From assembly GCA_041640595.1 (NCBI GenBank), contig JBEPZY010000001.1, positions 66,657 to 130,656 on the forward strand: 64,000 nt of DNA. Direction: 5' to 3'. This DNA is from Gemmatales bacterium (GTDB lineage: Bacteria > Planctomycetota > Planctomycetia > Gemmatales > HRBIN36). This document shows positions 9,271-17,640 of the stretch, piece after piece. Numbering within the stretch: the first letter of the stretch is position 1; each line of letters begins with the position of its first letter. Made by a program: the position numbers and the translations under genes. The notes beneath the pieces were generated by a model. That model saw nothing but the letters and a program-made list of their open reading frames with translations, did not search any database and was not told the DNA's origin.

Positions 9271-10514
9271 ACATCGCTGGCAGTTCCAATGGCCACTTCG
9301 ACCTCCTCGATAGACCTGATAACCGGACAAGTCGGCTCGAATAGCTGAGGGTACTTCTGGGCGGCCCCTGTATTGAAGATTACAACAGTCTCATCAGCCC
9401 GAACTTTCTGGTTCTCAATGAGGGTTTGCAAGGCATCAAAGCAAACCGCAGCTTCGGGACAAATGGCCAACCCCTCCAGACGAGCTACATGCTGCATCCA
9501 GAACCGAATGTTAGTCTCCCGACCAGCAATGGCAGCACCGCCGCTTTTACGCACTGCATCTAATATTAGAAAATCGCCAAATGCTTCGGGCACGCGCAAC
9601 CCACTCGCTTCTGTTTGCGGATTCGGAATAGGTTCCGCTCTAAGTTGCCCTTTCTCAAAGGCACGGACGATTGGTGCGCATCCATCGGACTGACATGCAT
9701 AAAAGCGGGGCAGTTTCTCTCCTTTCAACCAGCCTAATTGGCGCAGCTCCTCCAAAGCCTTCCACATTCCTATCAACCCTGTACCTCCGCCGGTAGGATA
9801 GAGAATAACATCCGGCAGTTGCCAGCCCAACTGCTCGACCAATTCTAGTCCCATTGTTTTCTTACCTTCCACACGATAAGGTTCCCGAAGGGTGGACACG
9901 TTCAACCAGCCAAATCGCAAAACACCAAGTCGAACTAAACGAGCACAATCAGAAATAAGGCCGGGAACTAAATAAACCTTTCCTCCCGCTAAACTCGCTT
10001 CGAGTATATTGATTCGCGGTGTATCTACAGGCATAAAGATATAGGCTTCGAGGCCCGCTCGAGCAGCGTAAAGTGCTAATGCGCCGCCTGCATTACCCGC
10101 ACTGGGAATTGCTACGCGCCTGGCCCCTAGCCATTTCGCCATGCTCACCGCTACGCTCATTCCGCGACTTTTGAAACTGCCGCTCGGCAATTGCGATTCA
10201 TCCTTAACCAATAAACGCTTTAATCCAAATTCAGTGGCCAGGCGCGGACACTCGATAAGCGGAGTCCATCCCTCGCCTAAACTCACTGGCTCAACCTCGG
10301 TGGGCAGAGGCAATAGCTCGCGATACCGCCAGAGCGTCGGCGGCCGCAGGGCCAGCTGCTGGGGAGTAACTGCCAGACGCACTTTTTCCAGGTCGTAGCG
10401 TACCAGAACCGGTTGGTCTATGTCTGGCCCGGGCCAGCTTTTGTAAGGAAAACGCCCACCGTCTCTGGCACCTTCTAAGTAAGCGACATAATGAGCCAAA
10501 GCCTCGCTCTCCAA
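9267..10514 (-). CDS. thrC: Threonine synthase-like PLP enzyme (fold type II)
   Basis: PLP-lysine motif SGSFKSRG, SAGNAGGALA, YPTGGGTGLIG. There is no ATG before residue ~118, so the start must be non-ATG (TTG 10514 as in the track, no clear SD); the start is uncertain. The stop overlaps the hemL stop by 4 nt (CTAA). Confidence 0.75.
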   Translation of the reverse strand: MESEALAHYVAYLEGARDGGRFPYKSWPGPDIDQPVLVRYDLEKVRLAVTPQQLALRPPTLWRYRELLPLPTEVEPVSLGEGWTPLIECPRLATEFGLKRLLVKDESQLPSGSFKSRGMSVAVSMAKWLGARRVAIPSAGNAGGALALYAARAGLEAYIFMPVDTPRINILEASLAGGKVYLVPGLISDCARLVRLGVLRFGWLNVSTLREPYRVEGKKTMGLELVEQLGWQLPDVILYPTGGGTGLIGMWKALEELRQLGWLKGEKLPRFYACQSDGCAPIVRAFEKGQLRAEPIPNPQTEASGLRVPEAFGDFLILDAVRKSGGAAIAGRETNIRFWMQHVARLEGLAICPEAAVCFDALQTLIENQKVRADETVVIFNTGAAQKYPQLFEPTCPVIRSIEEVEVAIGTASDV

Positions 10515-10563
10515 ACTGCTTCAGAGGAGGGGGCCTCCAGTTATTCCCAGAATGTCCGAGGAT

Positions 10564-11784
10564 CTACTGGCGCCGTAGATCGAGGCAATAGATATAGCGG
10601 CGATCCCGCAGGTAAAGTTTGCCGTCTGCAATCGTTGGCACCGTGCGATTATCACCTAAGTAACCGGTCAACCTGGCTTTCTCCACATAGCCCTTCGGAG
10701 TTGCTTCTACCAAAACTAAATCGCCCGTCTTGGTAGTAATAAACAGATGGCCGTCGGCCAGAGTAATCGCCGCTTTCCCGAAACGTGGTTGCGACCAGAC
10801 CAACCGACCGGTCTTCAGTTCTACGCAATTGAGATTGATCACCCCACTAAATTCGCCAGAAACACCGTATAAATAACCGTTATGATGAACAGCATTGGCC
10901 CAATAATTTTTCATAACACTCTTGGCTCCGCGACTTTGCCAGACCAGCTGGGGAGGCGTCGTGCTGAGACGATATAAGGCGCACCCCATTTGTTCGCCAG
11001 AAGCGATGAAAACCAGATCGTCAATTACAAGTGGGGTACATATATTGCAGCCGTAATCCGTTTTCCATGGGATTTGCCAGAGGAGTGTGCCGCTGCGGAA
11101 ATCTACTCCATGTAAACCGCTGGCGGTGAAAAATAGGGCAATCTTTCTCCCTTGAATCGTCGCTATATTCGGAGAAGCATACGCAGCCTGGTCGTCGCCC
11201 GTTTTCCAGACTACTTCGCCGGTCATTTTGTTCAGTGCCGCGACGCTGGCTCCAGGTGCACCGGGTATCACCAGCACTAAGTTTTCCTCAACCAGCGGTG
11301 ACGCAGACATACCCCAGGTAATGCGTTTTGCGCCAAAGTCTCGAAGCAAATCCCGCTGCCAGATTCGTTTGCCCGTATTCGCCTCCAAACAAAGAACCGG
11401 GCCGTTCACCGAGGTTATATAGACGCGGTTATCATCTACAGCAGGCGTACTGCGCGGGCCATTACCGTATTCATTGTGAAAACCAGGACCAATGTCGTAG
11501 GTCCAGACCACCTTGCCGGTGTTCGCGTCTAAACACAGGACAATTTCACGATCCTGACGCTGGACGATCGTATAGGCTCTTCCCCCGGCCACCGCGACTG
11601 AGGAGTAACCGTCACCGCCTTCAATCTTCCACAATAATTTAGGGCCTCCAGCCGGCCAGGTGGTGAGCAGACCGGTTTGCGGTGAGCTGCCATTGCGGTT
11701 TGGTCCCAGCCAGTTAGGCCAGTCCGCGGATAGCCCCGATGCAAGCCACCATCCAAGCGCGAGTAGCACAATCAGGTGTTTCAT
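10564..11784 (-). CDS. PQQ-like/BamB-like beta-propeller repeat protein with signal peptide
   Basis: Repeated ...G.V.W... propeller blades (GKVVWTYD, GKRIWQRD, GEVVWKTG, GTLLWQIPW, GRLVWSQ). Start moved to MKHLIVLLALGWWLASG (ATG 11784), preceded by AAGGAGGAAG. Confidence 0.75.
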   Translation of the reverse strand: MKHLIVLLALGWWLASGLSADWPNWLGPNRNGSSPQTGLLTTWPAGGPKLLWKIEGGDGYSSVAVAGGRAYTIVQRQDREIVLCLDANTGKVVWTYDIGPGFHNEYGNGPRSTPAVDDNRVYITSVNGPVLCLEANTGKRIWQRDLLRDFGAKRITWGMSASPLVEENLVLVIPGAPGASVAALNKMTGEVVWKTGDDQAAYASPNIATIQGRKIALFFTASGLHGVDFRSGTLLWQIPWKTDYGCNICTPLVIDDLVFIASGEQMGCALYRLSTTPPQLVWQSRGAKSVMKNYWANAVHHNGYLYGVSGEFSGVINLNCVELKTGRLVWSQPRFGKAAITLADGHLFITTKTGDLVLVEATPKGYVEKARLTGYLGDNRTVPTIADGKLYLRDRRYIYCLDLRRQ

Positions 11785-11920
11785 GACCAGCTTCCTCCTT
11801 CTCTTGCCTGTAATGATGTGTTCATTATAAGATAAGAACGCCATGTCGGCACCCCTTGGGATGACGCGATGCGTGAAATAATGTGCGGCAAAAGTCAACG
11901 AATCTCTCCGGGGTATCAAT

Positions 11921-12823
11921 ATGCAATCTTCCCCTGTGGAAATTTCGATTGCTCTAATTCAGCTACGCTGTGAAGAGGACCCCGAAATAAATGTACAGCG
12001 TGCCAGGGAGAGGATTATTCAGGCCCACGAACGGGGCGCGATGCTGATTTGCTTGCCCGAACTTTTCAAGACACAATATTTTTGCCAAACCGAAGATCCG
12101 CGTTTCTTTGACTTTGCCGAACCGATACCAGGCCCCACGACAGAACTTATGCAGGGTCTTGCACGCGACTTACATGTTGTCCTGGTTGTGCCTCTCTTCG
12201 AGCGTCGCGCCCCGGGACTTTACCATAACTCGGTCATTGTCATTGACGCTGATGGCCATTGTTGCGGAATCTATCGCAAGATGCACATTCCTGATGATCC
12301 TTTGTACTACGAAAAGTATTATTTCACCCCCGGGGACCTAGGTTTTCGCGCCTTCGCTACCGCGGCAGGTAAAATTGGCACCTTAATATGCTGGGATCAA
12401 TGGTTTCCGGAAGCTGCGCGTCTAACTGTACTGCAGGGAGCAGAGATCTTGCTTTACCCGACAGCGATTGGCTGGCACCCTCACGAGAAAGATACCTGGG
12501 GAGCCGACCAATATAGTGCCTGGCAGACCGTTCAGCGGAGTCATGCGATAGCGAATGGGGTCTTTGTCGCGGCAGTGAATCGGGTTGGCCATGAAGGACC
12601 TCCGTCTGGCGGCCTGGAGTTCTGGGGTGGTTCGTTTGTTAGCGACCCCTTTGGACGCATCCTGGCGCAAGCCAGTCACGACCATGAAGAAATCCTGCTC
12701 TGTCGAATTGATAAGTCGCAAATCGAAGCGGTACGCCGCAATTGGCCCTTCCTGCGGGATCGCAGAATTGACGCTTATCAAGGTCTAACAAGCCGATTCT
12801 TAGATAACAATCCATGGCGATAA
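11921..12823 (+). CDS. aguB: N-carbamoylputrescine amidase (nitrilase superfamily)
   Basis: C-N hydrolase blocks ICLPELF, YRKMHIPDDP.YYEKYYFTPGD, and catalytic Cys context LICWDQWFPE. Overlaps the downstream agmatine deiminase gene by 10 nt. Confidence 0.85.
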   Translation: MQSSPVEISIALIQLRCEEDPEINVQRARERIIQAHERGAMLICLPELFKTQYFCQTEDPRFFDFAEPIPGPTTELMQGLARDLHVVLVVPLFERRAPGLYHNSVIVIDADGHCCGIYRKMHIPDDPLYYEKYYFTPGDLGFRAFATAAGKIGTLICWDQWFPEAARLTVLQGAEILLYPTAIGWHPHEKDTWGADQYSAWQTVQRSHAIANGVFVAAVNRVGHEGPPSGGLEFWGGSFVSDPFGRILAQASHDHEEILLCRIDKSQIEAVRRNWPFLRDRRIDAYQGLTSRFLDNNPWR

Positions 12824-13875
12824 TGGCTGATAATAGTCTGAGTGTAACTCTTAATTGGCCTGCAGAATGGCAACGACACTGCGCCACCTGGATTGCCTGG
12901 CCACATAATCATGATGATTGGCCGAACAAATTCGAGCCGATTCCCTGGGTTTATGCCGAAATTGTTCGCTGGTTGCAACATTCCGAAACAGTGCACATAC
13001 TCGTGCGAGATGCCGCCGAAGAGCGTGCGGCGATTAGGGTGCTGGAATTTTCTCACGTTCCTGTGCACGGTATCCGCTTTCACCACGTACGCACTAATCG
13101 GGTGTGGACGCGCGATTACGCTCCTATATTCGTCTATGACCAACGAGGTCACAAAGTAGCCCTGAAATGGCAATTCCGGGGCTGGTCTAAATATCCGGAC
13201 TGGCAAGATGACAACGAGGCTGGCCTGGAGATCGCTAAGCTAACTCAAGCCAGCGTCGTTCATGTTAGTTATCAAGGTAGACCTGTGGTATTAGAAGGCG
13301 GAGCCATTGACAGCAACGGCGCTGGGGTCATCCTGGCTACTGAGGAATGTTTGTTAAGTGAACAGCAGCAACGAAATCCTGGTTTTAGCCGTGAGGATTA
13401 CGAGAAGTTGTTTCAAGACTGGCTGGGAGCGCGCCAGGTAATCTGGCTTGCGCGTGGACTCCTCGGCGACGATACGCACGGACATATAGACGACATCGCA
13501 CGCTTTGCAGGACCGGATACGATCTTGTTAGTGAAACCTACTGATCGGCAGGACCCTAATTACGCAATTTATGAGGAGAATTATGAGCTTCTGCGAAAAC
13601 AGTTGCCAACCATAGGACGATCCTGGCGAATTGTCGAGTTACCTTTGCCCGAGCCTAGATTCTTTCAAGGACAACGTCTGCCGGCCAGTTATGCCAACTT
13701 TTACGTCGCCAATCGGGTGGTGCTTGTTCCTACTTTCAATGATCCAGCCGATCGTGCAGCCCTTAATGTGCTCGGTGAACTTTTTCCCGACCGTACTGTG
13801 GTTGGGATTTATAGTGGCGATCTAATATTGGGACTCGGTGCTCTCCATTGCCTGACCATGCAGGAACCTGTGTAA
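12814..13875 (+). CDS. aguA: Agmatine deiminase
   Basis: PAD_porph family blocks WTRDYAPIF, LEGGAIDSNGAGV..TEECLL..QRNPG, DDTHGHIDD.ARF, and catalytic Cys context GALHCLTMQEP. Confidence 0.88.
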   Translation: MAIMADNSLSVTLNWPAEWQRHCATWIAWPHNHDDWPNKFEPIPWVYAEIVRWLQHSETVHILVRDAAEERAAIRVLEFSHVPVHGIRFHHVRTNRVWTRDYAPIFVYDQRGHKVALKWQFRGWSKYPDWQDDNEAGLEIAKLTQASVVHVSYQGRPVVLEGGAIDSNGAGVILATEECLLSEQQQRNPGFSREDYEKLFQDWLGARQVIWLARGLLGDDTHGHIDDIARFAGPDTILLVKPTDRQDPNYAIYEENYELLRKQLPTIGRSWRIVELPLPEPRFFQGQRLPASYANFYVANRVVLVPTFNDPADRAALNVLGELFPDRTVVGIYSGDLILGLGALHCLTMQEPV

Positions 13876-13910
13876 AGGGACTCAATTACTAAAGCCACCA
13901 GAAGACAGAA

Positions 13911-14897
13911 ATGATTACCGGAAGCCGAGTGGGTGTCTTGCTATTGCAGCTAGGATCACCGGACGATCCGAGTGTTGCGGCAGTACGGCGATACTTGCGG
14001 CAATTTTTGAGCGACCCGCGGGTGATTGAATTGCCCCGGTGGCTATGGTGGCCGATTCTTTATGGTATAGTACTGGTCTTTCGCCCAAAACAATCCGCGG
14101 AGAAATATCAACACATCTGGGACCCGCAAACTGGGTTTCCGCTCAAGCACTATACCGAGCTGCAGGTACGGGGATTACAAGAACGTCTCGGTGAAAAGTT
14201 CCTCGTCGGCTATGCGATGCGATATGGTCACCCAACTACGGACGAAACAGTCCCTGCTATGATTCAGCAGGGAATAGATCGCCTCGTTGTGGTACCCTTA
14301 TATCCTCAATACTCGGCAACTACAACAGCTTCAGCCCTCGATGCGTTGTTTAGAACTCTTATGCGTCAGCGGGTTATACCTCCTTTACGTATAGTTCCCC
14401 CATTTTATGAGCACGCTGGCTATTTAGAGGCGGAATGTGCAATTGTCCGGGAAACAGTTGACAAACTCGATGAGCCGCCCGAGAAAATTATATTTAGTTT
14501 TCACGGTATCCCGGTTCGATATGCAAAAGCCGGAGACCCTTATCCTCAACAGGTTGAGCAAACGGTACGTCTGCTGGCGCAACGTTTAGGTTTGGCTCCC
14601 GAACAGTACGTCCTCGCGTATCAATCACGGTTTGGTCGTGAACCATGGCTGCAACCGTATCTCGATGAAACGCTAAATACTCTTGCCCAAAAGGGAGTAC
14701 GCCGAGTGCTAGTGGTTACGCCAGGGTTCACTACCGACTGCCTGGAAACGATTGACGAAATCGGTCGGGAGATGCGGGATTTGTTTTTGCAAGCCGGCGG
14801 CACACAGCTCTTTAGATGTCCTTGTCTTAATGATCATCCCACGTGGTTAGATGCCTTGCGTACGATAGTGCTCGAAGAATCTGCCGGGTGGATTTAG
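13911..14897 (+). CDS. hemH: Ferrochelatase
   Basis: GVLLLQLGSPD, YLRQFLSDPRVIE, VVPLYPQYSATTT, FSFHGIP, SRFGREPWLQPY, and a C-terminal TDCLETIDEI block. Confidence 0.9.
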   Translation: MITGSRVGVLLLQLGSPDDPSVAAVRRYLRQFLSDPRVIELPRWLWWPILYGIVLVFRPKQSAEKYQHIWDPQTGFPLKHYTELQVRGLQERLGEKFLVGYAMRYGHPTTDETVPAMIQQGIDRLVVVPLYPQYSATTTASALDALFRTLMRQRVIPPLRIVPPFYEHAGYLEAECAIVRETVDKLDEPPEKIIFSFHGIPVRYAKAGDPYPQQVEQTVRLLAQRLGLAPEQYVLAYQSRFGREPWLQPYLDETLNTLAQKGVRRVLVVTPGFTTDCLETIDEIGREMRDLFLQAGGTQLFRCPCLNDHPTWLDALRTIVLEESAGWI

Positions 14898-15085
14898 CAA
14901 ATCAGTGCTTGCCATGGAAGCGAGCGTTGAATCGGTGGCTTCGCAGCACTCTTCGCAGTTATTCGGTCAAATGTCGTGGTGCTCTTTCATCGTCGGGCAT
15001 AGAGGCTGGGGTCTTGGCGTTCGGCGTTTGGAGCAAACAAAGCGGGCACGTATAATAGCAGTGCGGTGTAATCGGAGGGAGATGT

Positions 15086-16477
15086 ATGCCAGGCCCTGGA
15101 CTTTATGCCGACGCGATGCGGGAGCGTTTGAAAGGCTTAGAGCCGCTCGCAGTGCGTATGCGTCCGCGCAATCTGGATGAGTTTTTAGGCCAGGAACATT
15201 TTCTGGGACCTGGAAAGTTATTGCGGCGGCTGTTAGAAGCAGATAGACTCGGTTCGGTGATTTTCTATGGTCCACCTGGAACTGGAAAAACCACACTAGC
15301 CTATATCATCGCCCGCATAACTAAATGCCGATTCCGTGAGTTGAATGCTGCTGCGGTCGGGCTGAAAGAAGTGCGGCACGAACTGGAAGAAGCTCGACAC
15401 CATGCGGAAGCGACCGGCATAAGGACTATCCTGTTTATAGACGAAATCCACCATTTCAACCGCACGCAGCAAGACGTGCTGCTGTCCGATATTGAATCGG
15501 GGATCGTGACCTTAATCGGTGCCACGACGCAAAATCCTTTTTTCGCTCTTAATGCGCCGCTGGTAAGCCGCAGTCAAATCTTTACTTTCGAGCCGCTAAG
15601 CCCGGAACAGATCGAATTGTTGCTTCGACGGGCTTTAGCGGATAAGGAACGTGGGTTGGGTAACATCCCCGTGCAGGTTGACCCTCAGGCGCTCCGTTTT
15701 CTGGCGGAAGTTTGCGATGGCGATGCTCGACGTGCGTTAACAGCCCTAGAAGTGGCGGTGCTTTCCTGCCATGAAAGGCCTGTGCACCTAAGCTTAGAGG
15801 CAGTGCGCGATTCCATTCAGCGAAAAGCTTTGGAGTTTGACAAGAGCGGCGATACCCACTACGATCTGGCGAGCGCCTTTATTAAGAGCATGCGAGGTAG
15901 TGATGTAGATGCATCTCTATACTGGCTGGCGCGAATGTTAGAATCCGGCGAGGATGTTCGGTTTATCGCACGCAGAATTGTCATTTGTGCATCAGAAGAT
16001 ATCGGCAATGCTGATCCACGAGCGTTGCAGATAGCAGTAGCGGCACAGCAGGCGGTTGAATTTCTCGGTCTGCCGGAATGTGTCTTCGCACTGGCTCAGG
16101 CCACGATTTATAATGCGACGGCTCCGAAATCAGATGCCGTCGCGCGAGCTATCCAGGCAGCACGTCACGATGTCCAACAGGGACGCACTTTGGAAGTTCC
16201 GCCAGCCCTGCGTGACGCCAGCTATGCTGGAGCTAGCCAGCTCGGTCGGGGTGAGGGTTACCTCTACAGTCACGATTTTCCAGGTGGGTTTGTACCGCAG
16301 CGGTTTCTACCAGAGCCGCGAATTTACTATGAACCAAGTGATCGCGGCTACGAGGCGGAAATTCGTCAGCGGCTTGAAACCTGGCGTACCTTGATTCAAC
16401 AACTGTACCAGTCGCAAAAAGAAAAGGCATCCGCAGACGCATCCAGCTTAGCTTCCCCTGGAAACCAGGAACATTAA
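15086..16477 (+). CDS. rarA: Replication-associated recombination protein A (AAA+ ATPase)
   Basis: MRPRNLDEFLGQEH, Walker A GPPGTGKTT, Walker B FIDEIHHFN, GATTQNP, MgsA_C block HYDL.SAFIKSMRGSD.DA.LYWLARML. Confidence 0.92.
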   Translation: MPGPGLYADAMRERLKGLEPLAVRMRPRNLDEFLGQEHFLGPGKLLRRLLEADRLGSVIFYGPPGTGKTTLAYIIARITKCRFRELNAAAVGLKEVRHELEEARHHAEATGIRTILFIDEIHHFNRTQQDVLLSDIESGIVTLIGATTQNPFFALNAPLVSRSQIFTFEPLSPEQIELLLRRALADKERGLGNIPVQVDPQALRFLAEVCDGDARRALTALEVAVLSCHERPVHLSLEAVRDSIQRKALEFDKSGDTHYDLASAFIKSMRGSDVDASLYWLARMLESGEDVRFIARRIVICASEDIGNADPRALQIAVAAQQAVEFLGLPECVFALAQATIYNATAPKSDAVARAIQAARHDVQQGRTLEVPPALRDASYAGASQLGRGEGYLYSHDFPGGFVPQRFLPEPRIYYEPSDRGYEAEIRQRLETWRTLIQQLYQSQKEKASADASSLASPGNQEH

Positions 16478-16499
16478 TGGCTAAGGGCTTCAGCGTATG

Positions 16500-17228
16500 T
16501 CATTTGTCGGAGGCGCGGTTTGTTAGTTCTAAATACCGAAGGGCAAGTTCGTAGTCAGCGGGGGTATTGATATTGAGCAGGGAAAGCGAGTGCGGGTCCG
16601 TGTCGGCCCATTCATGTTCGTGAATCCAGCGGACTGGAATCTCTTGAAGCAAAAAAGCGGGTCGCAGTAAACGTGCCTGAAGTAGCCGCTCCACTATGGG
16701 TAGCACAGCACACGCATAGAGAGCCACTAAAGGATGCCGTTGCCCGCAGTTCACAGGAACGCACGCCAGAAACGGCGGAGCCCCGGGCGGCCGAGAAGCG
16801 TTAGCTTGCTGAAATATAGTAATCAGCCGGGTCAGGAAGGATGCACTAACCAGAGGCACGTCGCAGGAAACTACTAATGCGTGGGTTACCTGTTCTTGCA
16901 AAGCCAGTAAACCGGCATGGATACCTGCAAGTGGTCCTTCCCCGGCAAAGACATCTTCGGCCAGGATCAATGACGGCTGTGAACGAGGTTGACACTCCGG
17001 TGCTGCTGCAGGCTCATCGGTGTGGCCCGAATTAGACCGGAACACGGGAAAGGGGAGTGGCGGTAACTCCTGCTGCGGTCGGCGAACGAGAACGACTGGT
17101 TCGACCACACCTGCCACCGTGCGGACAATACGTGCCAGCACGGTCTCCGAACCGAATGGGAGAGCGGCTTTCGGTTTCCCCATACGGCGACTTTCTCCAC
17201 CGCAAAGAATAATACCGCCGACTCGCAT
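16500..17228 (-). CDS. mobA: Molybdenum cofactor guanylyltransferase
   Basis: N-terminal GIILCGGESRRMG.PKA, GPLAGIHAGL, VVSCDVPL. Start moved to MRVGG (ATG 17228). Carries a ~35-aa Pro/Gln-rich insertion relative to typical ~195-aa MobA. Confidence 0.8.
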   Translation of the reverse strand: MRVGGIILCGGESRRMGKPKAALPFGSETVLARIVRTVAGVVEPVVLVRRPQQELPPLPFPVFRSNSGHTDEPAAAPECQPRSQPSLILAEDVFAGEGPLAGIHAGLLALQEQVTHALVVSCDVPLVSASFLTRLITIFQQANASRPPGAPPFLACVPVNCGQRHPLVALYACAVLPIVERLLQARLLRPAFLLQEIPVRWIHEHEWADTDPHSLSLLNINTPADYELALRYLELTNRASDK

Positions 17229-17509
17229 TGTTTTTTGTCTGGTCAGTGAGCAATAAGTCTGGATTCGCGGGGCTATCTCTTGAATACAGTATATAGATGG
17301 CAAGCGCGCCGAGTACGCACCAGCTAGCGGAAGCGACGAAAATTCCTGTTATACTTATCCCATTCTAAGGGATCGACAGCACAGCGTTAATATCTGGCAA
17401 GGGGCGAGTGGTCGGCGTAAACAGCTCACAAGCTAAAATGGTTGCACTGCGGAAAACCCGAGCGCCCTTCGCAAAGTTTCATAGACAGGTCCGGCTGGAT
17501 TTAAATTCC

Positions 17510-17539
17510 GATAGGGGCGCGCTTCTGGGTGCCCCTATC
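17510..17539 (-). terminator. Strong hairpin downstream of the thioredoxin-fold gene (possible terminator without a clear U-tract)
   Basis: GATAGGGGC-12 nt-GCCCCTATC, a perfect 9-bp stem about 100 nt after the stop at 17641 on the minus strand. The flank is AAUUUAAAUCC, not a canonical U-run. Confidence 0.3.
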
Positions 17540-17640
17540 CAATCAACACGCCACTACCTCGGTCTAATCCCTATGCCTATATGTTTCCAGATGGATTTAC
17601 ACCCTCGGCCTGGAAAATTTAGTCAATGATAGTGGCGAGA

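Noticed and set aside
17229-17640. Possible Moco riboswitch in the 410-nt region upstream of mobA
   Set aside because: I could not recognise the conserved Moco-motif elements by eye. Only a strong hairpin (17510..17539) is evident, and it fits better as the end of the upstream gene. A cmscan would settle this.
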